The position numbers and the translations under genes were made by a program. From an uncultured Gammaproteobacteria bacterium (lineage in GTDB: Bacteria > Pseudomonadota > Gammaproteobacteria > GCA-001735895), in contig CAZYYM010000005.1 in NCBI GenBank assembly GCA_964651385.1, positions 13,836 through 77,835 on the forward strand: a stretch of 64,000 nt of DNA, read 5' to 3'. The stretch's first letter is position 1. Each line of letters opens with the position of its first letter. Shown here piece by piece: positions 21,160-31,499 of the stretch. The notes beneath the pieces are model-generated. The model made no database searches. It was given only the letters and a program-made list of their open reading frames with translations, and had not been told where the DNA came from.

Positions 21160-24100
21160 AACTCGATTACCTGTCGCAGTGCCGACTGGTAAATTGTCGT
21201 GGCCATTTCGGTAAATTCTGATTCGTCGAGTGGGTGAGCGCTTACACCACGAAGCGCGAGTCGAACATAGTCGTCATCTTTATCACCAGGTATCCCCCGA
21301 GAGACGACGCCTTGCCATTGACTACGGGCGGCAGAATCCGACTTTCCGCCAGAGCATTTTTCGGCCCAGCTAAAACTCGCGCCAGGAAACACCGGTAATG
21401 GGCGAGTCGCACCGATTAAAAACAGGTCGCAATAACGGCCCAATTGCACCAGTGCTGCGCTTTTTTCAACGGCAGTCAATTGGAAATGCCGGTCACCGCA
21501 AATCAGAGTGGTCGTTTCGCTGGATTTTAGCTGCTGGTTTGCGCATAACACCAGATGATCGAGCCATATGGCTAGTAGATATTTACCTTTCATTGACGCG
21601 GTGGTGTAGTGCATTAAACCTTTACCCGGATAATATTGTCCCACTTGCCCGGACAAATCATAACCATTGTCAAACCGATGATAAAAACGAATTACCTGCC
21701 TGCCTGGACTCCGGTAGCTTTCCAGTACCGGCAACAGGCTTTGTAACTGTGATTCGATGGTTTGAAAATTCAGTTCAGCCGCATAACCATGGGGTAATCC
21801 AGCCTCGGCTTTGAGGTTTTCGATGCCGATTTCCTTGTGATCGAGCATGGCATTGGCGATACGTTGTTTAATCGACCACAGATCGAGGGCGTCGAGCTCA
21901 AAAACTTCGTCGTCTTCGACCTGTTCCGCCTGTTCCAGCCGCAGGTTCAGGCTGTGATTAAAGAAAAACCGGATAGGATGAGCAACGAACCGTTTTAACT
22001 GATCAAGGTCGATTTGTGGTTTTTCCGCAGGGACTGGAGTCAGACCTTGACGCGGCCAGACCTTGCCTTCCGGCGCCGACGTCGATGCCTGCAAGGTGGA
22101 CGCGATGTTGCACCAGTATCGATCATAGCCAGGTATCGAGCCCAGATAGTTTTCCGCTGCGAAAGCTTGCATCGGATGTTCTGTAGTGATGGACCGGCTA
22201 ACTGACTCGCAATCCAGGACAGTCAGATTATTATCGATGAATTCGAGCAACTCACCGACCAGTACCGACGGCTGCCGCGGGCTATTGTCTTTCAGACTAC
22301 GGCCACTATAACTAATGTATAAAGTTTGTCGTGTACAAAGCAATGTCTCTAGCATGAGGTAGCGGTCTTCGTCCCCTTTTAACGGGTCTCCCGGTTGCCA
22401 GTGTTTTGCCATCAGATCGAATTCGAGCGCATGCTCACGACGCGGAAAAGCCGGATCGTTCATGCCGATCAGGCAGATCACCTTAAACGGTAGGCTGCGC
22501 ATCGGCCGCATACCACAAACGGTAATGCCACCGGAAAACAGACGACCGAGTACATCGCGACTGGCTAACTGGGTTTCCATCCAGTGGTTAAGCAATGCCG
22601 GCGTTATCAGGTTGCTGTCGGCTATGCTTAGTGCGTCGATGCAGTCTCGGATAGTCTGTAGATTCGATTCCGAGTTATCCTGTGGCAGAAAAAAATCGCT
22701 GAGCAATTGATTTAAGCGGAGCCGCCAATCGCTACCGCGACAATCGCTAGCCAACTGACGACCCCAGTATTCGAGCCGGTCAAAGAAATTCCAGAACTTA
22801 GCCACGCTTTCGGCACGAGATCCTTCTACGTTTTCAAGCGGCGCGATGCCACTCCAAAGTGCATTGTCGCCAAATGCAAAGCCGGCAAATATACGCTGCC
22901 GAGCCTGTTGCCAGGTGTTTTGAATGGTCGCAGGTAAATGCAGGCTCTTCTTATGATTGCCATCGATACCCCAACGCACCGCCGCGTTTTCGAGAATATC
23001 ACGTATTTCCTTGAGCGCCTGATTGTCGATATCGAAGCAGCGCCGGATCTCTTCGACCTGCAATAGCGACACTATGTCCGAGTGGGCAAAGCGGCTGGTT
23101 GGTAATTTCAAAAGTTGTAGAAAGCTCTGTACCAGCGGGTGTTCTTCGGCGACGGTGGTGTCCGACAAATTCCAGGGCAGATAGGGGCGCGTCTGATTTT
23201 CGTCGCATTGGAATACCGCTTCGATATAGGGTGCATAACGGCTGATTTCGGGCGTCATGACCAATATGTCTTCAGGGCTCAGAGCTGGGTCATGATCGAG
23301 CATGGCCAGTAACTGGTTATGCAGAACCTGACATTCACGCATCGGGCTGTGACAAATGTGAAGCGACAGGGACTTATCCAGCCCGGTCACGATAATAGTA
23401 TCACCGCTGATATCGAAAATACTTTGTTGCACTGCATGCAGCAGGGAAGCCGTACCGGGCGCCTGATAGTCATCGAGCGCACAGCTTAATTGCGCATCCT
23501 GGTCGAGTATTAAATCCTGCAAAATCTGACCCTGCCTTCCCCAGGCTGCTAGCAATTCGTTGCCCGTTTCGTAATATTCGGCATGGCTGGGGTTTTTCAG
23601 GCGTAATTTCGACAGAGCCCGCGTGCTTTTTAGATCAGCCCAGTATTGATCGGTGGGACTATGTTGATACAGTCGTATAGAGGTATGTTGTGCGAGAGCA
23701 TGAATGACTTCAATAAATAGCGGTGGCAGATTCGACAGTGCAAACAGACTGATACGCTCGGGCAGATTGGTTGGACTTTTGGCCTGTTTCAGTTTTGTAA
23801 TTAAATTTTCCAGAATGGCGACGCGATGATGCACCGTATCTTCCAGCAATGCCTGCCAGATCTGCGATTGCCAATGATTGTCGGTTTGCCGACTCCAGTC
23901 TCGAATGAGCGCGGGACGGTACAATTGATAGCGATCAAAACAGTCGGCAATATGGTTTGCGAGTTGCCAGCATTTGATATCAGCATCGTCGGCGTTTAAG
24001 TAATGTCGCAAGCGATTGAAAGTTGGCTGGTCGAGCAGATCGGGCAGACAGGCGAAAATTTGCCAACTCATGCTATCCCGGTTTAACGGGTCACTGCCGG

Positions 24101-24344
24101 GGACGTCGTCCATCATTTTCGATGCAATTTCCCATATCCAGTTTGCGGGTAAAGGATATTGTATATTGGCCGCGATCCCCTGCTGCTGTGCGATTTGTAA
24201 ATTCAGCCAACGCGACATCGCATAGCTCGGAACGATAATTGTTTCCGATGACAAAGGACTGGACAGAGGTCGATCGACAAGCTCCTGACTCAGGCTTTGA
24301 TATAATCTTTCAATTCGATTGGAGCTGTAAATCATTAAGGCCAT
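21156..24344 (-). CDS. recC: Exodeoxyribonuclease V gamma subunit
   Basis: SNRIE.L, DCFDRYQLYRP, CHSPMRECQVL, CGMRPMRSLPF; 4-nt overlap with recB. Confidence 0.94.
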   Translation of the reverse strand: MALMIYSSNRIERLYQSLSQELVDRPLSSPLSSETIIVPSYAMSRWLNLQIAQQQGIAANIQYPLPANWIWEIASKMMDDVPGSDPLNRDSMSWQIFACLPDLLDQPTFNRLRHYLNADDADIKCWQLANHIADCFDRYQLYRPALIRDWSRQTDNHWQSQIWQALLEDTVHHRVAILENLITKLKQAKSPTNLPERISLFALSNLPPLFIEVIHALAQHTSIRLYQHSPTDQYWADLKSTRALSKLRLKNPSHAEYYETGNELLAAWGRQGQILQDLILDQDAQLSCALDDYQAPGTASLLHAVQQSIFDISGDTIIVTGLDKSLSLHICHSPMRECQVLHNQLLAMLDHDPALSPEDILVMTPEISRYAPYIEAVFQCDENQTRPYLPWNLSDTTVAEEHPLVQSFLQLLKLPTSRFAHSDIVSLLQVEEIRRCFDIDNQALKEIRDILENAAVRWGIDGNHKKSLHLPATIQNTWQQARQRIFAGFAFGDNALWSGIAPLENVEGSRAESVAKFWNFFDRLEYWGRQLASDCRGSDWRLRLNQLLSDFFLPQDNSESNLQTIRDCIDALSIADSNLITPALLNHWMETQLASRDVLGRLFSGGITVCGMRPMRSLPFKVICLIGMNDPAFPRREHALEFDLMAKHWQPGDPLKGDEDRYLMLETLLCTRQTLYISYSGRSLKDNSPRQPSVLVGELLEFIDNNLTVLDCESVSRSITTEHPMQAFAAENYLGSIPGYDRYWCNIASTLQASTSAPEGKVWPRQGLTPVPAEKPQIDLDQLKRFVAHPIRFFFNHSLNLRLEQAEQVEDDEVFELDALDLWSIKQRIANAMLDHKEIGIENLKAEAGLPHGYAAELNFQTIESQLQSLLPVLESYRSPGRQVIRFYHRFDNGYDLSGQVGQYYPGKGLMHYTTASMKGKYLLAIWLDHLVLCANQQLKSSETTTLICGDRHFQLTAVEKSAALVQLGRYCDLFLIGATRPLPVFPGASFSWAEKCSGGKSDSAARSQWQGVVSRGIPGDKDDDYVRLALRGVSAHPLDESEFTEMATTIYQSALRQVIEL

Positions 24345-24567
24345 TACAAATAGCTTGCTCCTTTGCCGGCAGTGATGATCGAGGGGTCCATTATAGCCAG
24401 ATTATGGCTCACCAAATGAGCCAGCTAATGCGAGGTTTTTTAATCATTCAGATAATTAATTACCAGGGTTCAGACAATTGATGGATGATGTCTGCATTTT
24501 GCACTATTATGCGGGGCATTAACCAGTAATTGCTGGCAAAATAAAACCTCAGGTTTTCCCGGATCAC

Positions 24568-25479
24568 ATGACTGATCAAATAAATCCAGACAATGGCACG
24601 CGACGCGTTATCGATGATGACGAGTATATTTATTTTGATGGATACTGGATACGCTATTACCCACCGTTAGAAGATACGCTCGGTAACCGTAAGCGATTAA
24701 TCGACAGCCTGACCCGCCGTGCTTTCCATCATACCGAAGCGGGCATTAATACTCCCGGACAGAGTCTGGAGCAGGCGCGTGCGGCCTATGAGAAACAATC
24801 TAATCCGCAACGGAAACGCGTCAATGCAGCGATGTTGGCAGGTGCGCTTTTTAACCGAGCGACGGATTTGTTTACTTCAATAGTGGATCTCGGTGAATTG
24901 GGTGTCAAGGTGAGTAAAAGTAATGAACTCATGCGGCAGTGCAGTTCCTGTTTTCAGGAAGCATTAACCCTCGGTCAGCAGGTAAAGCACTATAGCGGCT
25001 GCGAAGGGCTTGATGAAATCTGGGGGGAACCTTTTAAAGCATTTACGCTGTCGCCGGACGATTTTTATAAATCCCGATTCATAAAAATTGCGCAAAGTAA
25101 AAGCGATATTGATTTGATCACCGAGTGCATAATTGAAACTTTTTGCGGCGTTCCAATATTTGCTGAATTACACGCTGTTTTGATCGAGTTCGGCGAAGCC
25201 GCCAAACAGGTGTCGGAGACTATGAAGACAGACCCGATTATTTTTGAAGTATGGCCCAACTTCGTTGCCCTTGCAGAAACGATTATTAGTTTTCAACCTG
25301 ATCTGGCCGATGACTCGGATCAGATGCTGACAATGCGCACGGCTCAGGGGCGGGCCTTGTTACTCGAAGGCAAGCAGCTGCTCGGCTATATCGCCGGTGC
25401 GCGAATTCCCATGCCGCTGAGTACTGCGCGATATATTAAAAAATGTCAGGCGTACGAGGCGCCGTTGACAGATAACTGA
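24568..25479 (+). CDS. Hypothetical protein, 303 aa, probably alpha-helical, function unknown
   Basis: Long standalone ORF with protein-like composition and no overlapping gene; no family motif recognised. Confidence 0.8.
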   Translation: MTDQINPDNGTRRVIDDDEYIYFDGYWIRYYPPLEDTLGNRKRLIDSLTRRAFHHTEAGINTPGQSLEQARAAYEKQSNPQRKRVNAAMLAGALFNRATDLFTSIVDLGELGVKVSKSNELMRQCSSCFQEALTLGQQVKHYSGCEGLDEIWGEPFKAFTLSPDDFYKSRFIKIAQSKSDIDLITECIIETFCGVPIFAELHAVLIEFGEAAKQVSETMKTDPIIFEVWPNFVALAETIISFQPDLADDSDQMLTMRTAQGRALLLEGKQLLGYIAGARIPMPLSTARYIKKCQAYEAPLTDN

Positions 25480-25562
25480 AGGATCGAAACATAAGACTGT
25501 GGCAAAATAGCCGATATTAATTGAGTTAAATACAAAAGCCGAATTTTTCTTATAGAGAGTCG

Positions 25563-27089
25563 TTATCTAAGTACCGGCATAGAAAATTCAGCGCCCACGC
25601 CACTTTCCTGCCAGCGTGCTGTCACGGTTTTGACCTTGGTATAAAATCGCAGTCCTTCCATACCATACTGATTATGATCACCGAATGCCGACGATTTCCA
25701 GCCGCCGAAACTATGGAAAGCCAATGGTACCGGAATCGGTACGTTGATACCGACCATGCCAACTTCTACCTTGTCGGCATAGGTGCGTGCAGCCGCGCCA
25801 TTTTTGGTAAAGATAGAAGTGCCGTTGCCATAAGGGTGGTCGCTAGCCAGTGACAGACCTTCGTCGAATGAAGCGACCCGCATAATCTGCAATACCGGGC
25901 CGAAAATCTCCTCCCGGTAGGAAGTCATTTCGGATTTAACTCCGTCAATCAATGAGCCGCCGAGGAAGAAACCGTCTTCATTACCCTCGCATACATAGCC
26001 TCGACCGTCGACGACCAGTTCGGAGCCTTCGTCCTGCGCCATCTGAATATAACCAATAACTTTCTCCCGGTGTTCTTTAGTAACTAATGGGCCCATTTCC
26101 AGGTTAGTGTCGGTGCTATTGCCAATCCGTAAAGCTTCGACCCGTGGCTTAAGAATATCGATTAATTTATCAGCAACTTCATCGCCGACACAAACGCCCA
26201 CCGATATCGCCATGCACCGCTCGCCTGCAGAGCCGTAAGCCGCGCCCATTAGTGCATTGGCGACATTTTCAAGATCGGCATCGGGTAGAATCAGCATATG
26301 ATTCTTCGCACCGCCCATGGCCTGACATCGTTTTCCATTGGCGGTTGCAGTCGCATAAACGTATTGCGCGATTGCAGTAGAGCCGACAAAACTTACCGCT
26401 TTGATACGCGCGTCATTAAGCAGCGTATCGACCGCTTCCCTGTCACCGTTGATGACGTTGAATACACCCGGTGGCCCACCGGCTTCAATAAATAATTCGG
26501 CCAAACGCAACGGACAGGAGGGGTCCTTTTCCGATGGTTTCAATACCACGGTATTCCCGGTAACCAGCGCCATGCCAGCCATCCACAGCGGAATCATGGC
26601 CGGAAAGTTAAAGGGTGTGATTCCGGCGACAACGCCAAGCGGTTTGCGCATCGAATAAATATCGATACCGGAGGCGACATTGTCAGAAAACTCACCCTTT
26701 TGCTGGTGCGGGGCGCCACAGGCAAATTCCACGACCTCGATACCGCGTAAAACTGAACCCATGGCATCTTCGATGACTTTACCGTGTTCGTTGCAAATCA
26801 GCGTAGCCAGTTCATGCTGGTGATCGTACAATAATTGCACGAATTTGGTCATGATACGCGATCGCGCCAGTATCGAGGTCGATGCCCAGGCCGGGAAAGC
26901 CTGTTGCGCGACAGCAATCGCTGCCTCAACTTCGGTTTGGCAGGCTAATGGCACTTCGCTGGCCTTGATGCCATGACTCGGGTTATAAACATCACCAAAA
27001 CGACCGCTGACACCAGAGATACGCTCACCGTTAACAAAATGGTTTAGCTGAGGGATTCCTGAATTGACGACTTCTGCCGGTTGACTCAT
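25563..27089 (-). CDS. mmsA: CoA-acylating (methyl)malonate-semialdehyde dehydrogenase
   Basis: GITPFNFPAMIP, LKPSEKDP, SFVGST, GGAKNH, catalytic GERCMA, EEIFGPV, GDHNQYG. Start moved to ATG 27089. Confidence 0.9.
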   Translation of the reverse strand: MSQPAEVVNSGIPQLNHFVNGERISGVSGRFGDVYNPSHGIKASEVPLACQTEVEAAIAVAQQAFPAWASTSILARSRIMTKFVQLLYDHQHELATLICNEHGKVIEDAMGSVLRGIEVVEFACGAPHQQKGEFSDNVASGIDIYSMRKPLGVVAGITPFNFPAMIPLWMAGMALVTGNTVVLKPSEKDPSCPLRLAELFIEAGGPPGVFNVINGDREAVDTLLNDARIKAVSFVGSTAIAQYVYATATANGKRCQAMGGAKNHMLILPDADLENVANALMGAAYGSAGERCMAISVGVCVGDEVADKLIDILKPRVEALRIGNSTDTNLEMGPLVTKEHREKVIGYIQMAQDEGSELVVDGRGYVCEGNEDGFFLGGSLIDGVKSEMTSYREEIFGPVLQIMRVASFDEGLSLASDHPYGNGTSIFTKNGAAARTYADKVEVGMVGINVPIPVPLAFHSFGGWKSSAFGDHNQYGMEGLRFYTKVKTVTARWQESGVGAEFSMPVLR

Positions 27090-27255
27090 GGCTGTGCCTA
27101 TAGAATTATACGAAGATGGCATGCAGTATAAAGGAGATATTTCTGTAATCCAATAGTGTAATATTCACAATCATTCTGCATAAGTACACTAATGAATGAT
27201 GGGTTACTGAGGCTACGAATTCACACGCATAATCCCCATGCTGGGGGGAGAATAT

Positions 27256-29130
27256 TCAACGTTTGTCGCCTCTTAAATGGAGCACAGTATTGGTAAGTCT
27301 CTCGAGCGTTGCATCATTGGCTGAAATTAATTCTCCGGCGACAAGATCAATTTTGCTAAACCTGCGACGAGGGGAAAACCGGGTCATCGCATTGCCGTAT
27401 TTACGGCTGAAAAAACTACCCCATAAACCGCTTAAAGCCAAAGGCATAACAGGAACCGGGTCTTGTTCAAGTATACGGCTGACACCCGCCTTGAAATGGT
27501 TCATCTCTCCATTGGCGGTAATTTCTCCTTCCGGAAAGATACAGATGACTTGATCGTTCTGTAATGCATCACTGACCTGTTCGAAAGCCACCCGCATCAG
27601 TTCGGGATCCTCTTTGGCGCCGGCAATGGGAATTGAATTTGCGGTTTTAAATATAAACGATAAAACTGGTATCTGGAAAATTTTGTAGTGCATGACGAAA
27701 CGGATCGGTCTTCGAATGCTACCGATAAGCACCAGCGCATCGATAAAACTAACGTGATTGCAAACCAATACCAAAGGCCCGTTATCGGGAATGTTATCGA
27801 GATTAAATTTGCGCACTCGGTATATGGAATGGACGACTAGCCAGACCAGCAGGCGCATGATAAATTCGGGTACCAGCATAAAGATGATTACCGCGACCGC
27901 TACATTCATCAATGCCATAATTAGAAACAGAGTCGGAATCGTAATACCCACTTTTAATGCGAACAAACCGTACAGCGACGCCACGACCATAAACAAAGCG
28001 TTCATTACATTGTTTGCTGCGATAATGCGCGAGCGTTTGGCGGCATCGCTCCGTTGTTGCACCAGTGCATAAAGCGGTACGATGTAAATGCCGCCTGAGA
28101 CACCTAGCATAAGGATATCGATCATCAGGCGAAAATTGCCAGCGGCGGCAATAAATACAGCCGGTGTCACCAGAACATCGTCGGAAGAGGCCAACGATTG
28201 ATTAAGATAGATATCTACCCCAAACAGCGTCAACCCCAGCGCGCCAATCGGCACCAGACCAATTTCTACCATGCGCCCGGAGAGTTTTTCACAGAGAAAA
28301 GATCCGATACCGATACCAATAGAAAACATCGCCAATAATGTAATATAAACCTGTTCGTCGCCCGCCAGATCGTAGCGCACATAATTTGGTAACTGCGTGA
28401 CGTAGGTAATACCGATAAACCAGAACCAGGATATGCCCATAACCGAATAAAATACGCTAGTGTTCTGGCGAGCGTCGCGCAGAATATTGGCAGTTTGCCT
28501 GAACAGATTAAAACTAATTTGCAACTCAGGCGCGGCAGACGGCAGATAGGGAATCGAACAACTTGCCCAATAACCGAAGCAGGCAATCAGTACCACCGCT
28601 ACAGCGATAGTACCGACACCGAAGCCGATAACAAATACACTGGCGATGAGTCCGAGCAATATGGCGAGAAAGGTTCCGAATTCGACCAGGGCGTTGCCGC
28701 CAACCAGTTCCTGATCTTTTAGCGCCTGTGGCAGTAAACTGTATTTAACGGGCCCAAACAATGCCGATTGCGTACCCATTAAAAACAGGATGCCGATCAA
28801 CATTGCCGTGTTTTCAGTAAAAAAAGCGATGGCGCCCAGAAGCATAATCAGAATTTCGAGTAATTTTAAGCGTCGGATGAGCATAGACTTTTCAAACTTG
28901 TCGGCAAGTTGTCCGGCAATCGGTGAAAACAGAAAGAAGGGCATAATGAACAAACCTGCAGCAATATTAACCAGCATATTGCTCGTTTCCTGGCTGATGC
29001 TGGCGGCCTGAAAAGCAATCAATATAGTCAGGCCGTTTTTGAATAGATTATCGTTAAAGGCGCCGAGTAACTGCGTCACAAAAAATGGCAGAAATCGCCG
29101 ACTGCCGAGTAGTTTCACGGAGTCCGACAT
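27256..29130 (-). CDS. MFS transporter (LplT-like) fused to a PlsC-type acyltransferase
   Basis: FFVTQLLGAFNDNLFK, GQLADKFEK, ALFGPVKYSLLP; C-terminal NHVSFID and FPEG motifs. Confidence 0.88.
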   Translation of the reverse strand: MSDSVKLLGSRRFLPFFVTQLLGAFNDNLFKNGLTILIAFQAASISQETSNMLVNIAAGLFIMPFFLFSPIAGQLADKFEKSMLIRRLKLLEILIMLLGAIAFFTENTAMLIGILFLMGTQSALFGPVKYSLLPQALKDQELVGGNALVEFGTFLAILLGLIASVFVIGFGVGTIAVAVVLIACFGYWASCSIPYLPSAAPELQISFNLFRQTANILRDARQNTSVFYSVMGISWFWFIGITYVTQLPNYVRYDLAGDEQVYITLLAMFSIGIGIGSFLCEKLSGRMVEIGLVPIGALGLTLFGVDIYLNQSLASSDDVLVTPAVFIAAAGNFRLMIDILMLGVSGGIYIVPLYALVQQRSDAAKRSRIIAANNVMNALFMVVASLYGLFALKVGITIPTLFLIMALMNVAVAVIIFMLVPEFIMRLLVWLVVHSIYRVRKFNLDNIPDNGPLVLVCNHVSFIDALVLIGSIRRPIRFVMHYKIFQIPVLSFIFKTANSIPIAGAKEDPELMRVAFEQVSDALQNDQVICIFPEGEITANGEMNHFKAGVSRILEQDPVPVMPLALSGLWGSFFSRKYGNAMTRFSPRRRFSKIDLVAGELISANDATLERLTNTVLHLRGDKR

Positions 29131-29289
29131 ATTGACGTTCCTGTTTTAAATCGGATTATTCTACTACAGGCCCGGGTAGGTGCGAACCAATATGAAAACC
29201 CTTTGGTTTCAATTGCGGGCAGATACCTGGATCTGCCCCTACGGATGATTTCCCGATACACTGCGGGAAATTTTTAGCGGTATCAATTC

Positions 29290-30192
29290 GTGATCATGCA
29301 CTCCGCCAGTCTCTACCTGGCTACTGTTTTAATTTGGGGATCAACCTGGTTTGCTATCAAGTTCCAGCTCGGTGTGGTCGAGCCGGAAGTGTCCCTGGTT
29401 TACCGTTTCGCACTGGCGTCGCTAATGTTATTAATTTTTTGTCTGTTAACCCGACGTCGTCTGGTATTCACACCCGGGCAGCATGGTTTTATTGCTTTGC
29501 AAGGCTTGTTTCTGTTTTCTTGTAACTATCTGATATTTTACTGGGCAACAGGTTTGCTGACTTCAGGAATAGTCGCACTTTTATTTTCGACTGTTATTTT
29601 AATGAATATCATTAATTCAGCTATCTTTCTGCGCGCGCCGGTTAGGCCACAGGTAGTCATTGGCGCATGCATCGGTATCGCCGGTATCGCTACTATTTTC
29701 TGGTCGGAAGTCAGTTCGGTAGAGCAGTCTGGTGATAGCTGGCGTGGTTTATGGATGTGTCTTCTGGCAACCTTTTTTGCATCTATTGGCAATATCCTAT
29801 CCGCGCGTAATCAACTGAACGATATTCCGGTGGTGCAGACCAATGCTTTGGGGATGGCTTACGGTGCGATTATCATGTTGGTTTTTGCACTGATCGGTGG
29901 TGCTAATTTTGATTTCGAAAACACGCTGAGTTACGGTTTGTCGCTGGTCTATTTAAGCGTATTTGGTTCTATATTTGCGTTTGGCAGTTACCTGACGCTG
30001 ATCGGGCGAATCGGTACCGATAAAACCGCTTATGCCGCCGTGCTTTTTCCAGTGATAGCTCTCGGTCTCTCGACTGTATTCGAAAACTATCATTGGACAC
30101 TCGGCGCCTTTGGAGGTTTTGTATTAGTACTGGTTGGAAATTATGTAGTCTTACGCTCTAAATCGATAAGATCGGGTCACCCATCAAATTAG
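29290..30192 (+). CDS. EamA/DMT family transporter
   Basis: IWGSTW, two EamA repeats, ~10 hydrophobic segments. Confidence 0.88.
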   Translation: MIMHSASLYLATVLIWGSTWFAIKFQLGVVEPEVSLVYRFALASLMLLIFCLLTRRRLVFTPGQHGFIALQGLFLFSCNYLIFYWATGLLTSGIVALLFSTVILMNIINSAIFLRAPVRPQVVIGACIGIAGIATIFWSEVSSVEQSGDSWRGLWMCLLATFFASIGNILSARNQLNDIPVVQTNALGMAYGAIIMLVFALIGGANFDFENTLSYGLSLVYLSVFGSIFAFGSYLTLIGRIGTDKTAYAAVLFPVIALGLSTVFENYHWTLGAFGGFVLVLVGNYVVLRSKSIRSGHPSN

Positions 30193-30404
30193 AAACATTG
30201 GGTGCTTGTTGGAGTACCCATATCCATTGGATCAGCCTGGCAGACCGAAAATTATCGGGCGCTATGCCGTCACTAAGGTGGAACTCCTTACGTTATCTAA
30301 ATCAATCGTTCGTGCAGACTTTGGTGATCCTGCTGCCTTTTCCTGGATTATACGTATATTGGCCATCCGGCAAAGGCTCCCAGGTTAAACCGGTAATACC
30401 TGAT

Positions 30405-31151
30405 TTATCGACCACCCGAGACATCGACAAACGAACCCGTGGTATATGCTGAGGCTTCTGTCGAAAGCCACAAAATGGCTTTGGCAACTTCTATCGGTAA
30501 ACCGCCGCGTTTCATGGCGACGCTCGATTTCATACGGTCGACACGACCGGCTTCACCGCTGCTGGCGTGCATGTCAGTATAAATTAAGCCAGGTCGTACT
30601 GCATTGACACGAATACCCTGATCACCGACTTCGTTGGCCAACCCAATAGTCATGGTGTCTATCGCACCTTTACAGGCGGCATAATCGATATACTCGTGCG
30701 CCGAACCTAGAACTGCAGCACGCGAAGACAGGTTGACGATGGTACCGCCATTCCCACCATGTTTATGTGACATGCGCCTGACCGCTTCACGCGCGCAGAG
30801 AAAACTGCCAGCCACATTAGTATCAAAGATACGTTTCAGTCTCTGCAACGAAATGTCCTCGAAATCACTTTGCTGTTCGAGTATGCCGGCATTGTTTACC
30901 AGCGCTGTTATACAGCCGAGCTCTCGGTCGACAGTTTTGAATAAATGCTGTACCTCCGACTCAATGGCGACGTTTGCCTGTATTGCGAAGGCGCGTTGAT
31001 CCTGGGCCGCTATTGCCGATACAACCTCGAGTGCAGCAGTTCGATTATTATTATAATTAACGCAGATATCGAAACCGATTTTTGCAGCGAGTATCGCCGT
31101 TTCAGCACCAATACCACGGCTGGCACCAGTTACCAGCATAATTTTTTTCAC
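30405..31151 (-). CDS. Short-chain dehydrogenase/reductase
   Basis: TGASRGIG, VNNAG, catalytic YAACK, RVNAVRPG. Confidence 0.92.
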   Translation of the reverse strand: MKKIMLVTGASRGIGAETAILAAKIGFDICVNYNNNRTAALEVVSAIAAQDQRAFAIQANVAIESEVQHLFKTVDRELGCITALVNNAGILEQQSDFEDISLQRLKRIFDTNVAGSFLCAREAVRRMSHKHGGNGGTIVNLSSRAAVLGSAHEYIDYAACKGAIDTMTIGLANEVGDQGIRVNAVRPGLIYTDMHASSGEAGRVDRMKSSVAMKRGGLPIEVAKAILWLSTEASAYTTGSFVDVSGGR

Positions 31152-31489
31152 GAATTTTCCTGAAACACCAGTTCGATGAAATCTTCAGGCGCACTACCGG
31201 GAAATCGGGCCTGCAATCCGAGAACGCCGCGTGTTTCCTGGCGGACTTCGATAATTATCTGTTGGTTATCTGCATTCAAAGAATTCACTTTGGTCTGTGC
31301 CTGAGGGTGTTGATTGTAGATAACTGAAGCGCCCGGGTAATGGCTAATAAAAGCCTGCAATGACTGCTGATCGTTTTTCACAATGCAGTCATCGCCATTA
31401 GGGGGCAATACGGCTATGAAAGGTTTATCCCCCGCCGCTAATACCCGGGTAATAATTTTATTTGCACAGGTTCTTTTAATGGTTAACAT
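31148..31489 (-). CDS. Hypothetical protein, probable degenerate JAB/MPN (Mov34) domain
   Basis: LTIKR..ANKI, VIYNQHP (cf. AIYHSHP), ETRGVL (cf. NTKGVL). RBS-like GGGCAGG, and 4-nt coupling to the SDR. Confidence 0.55.
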   Translation of the reverse strand: MLTIKRTCANKIITRVLAAGDKPFIAVLPPNGDDCIVKNDQQSLQAFISHYPGASVIYNQHPQAQTKVNSLNADNQQIIIEVRQETRGVLGLQARFPGSAPEDFIELVFQENS

Positions 31490-31499
31490 CGCCTGCCCG

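Noticed and set aside
15708-24344. recCBD as a possible defence or novel helicase-nuclease island
   Set aside because: All three subunits are canonical in size, motifs and order; this is housekeeping.
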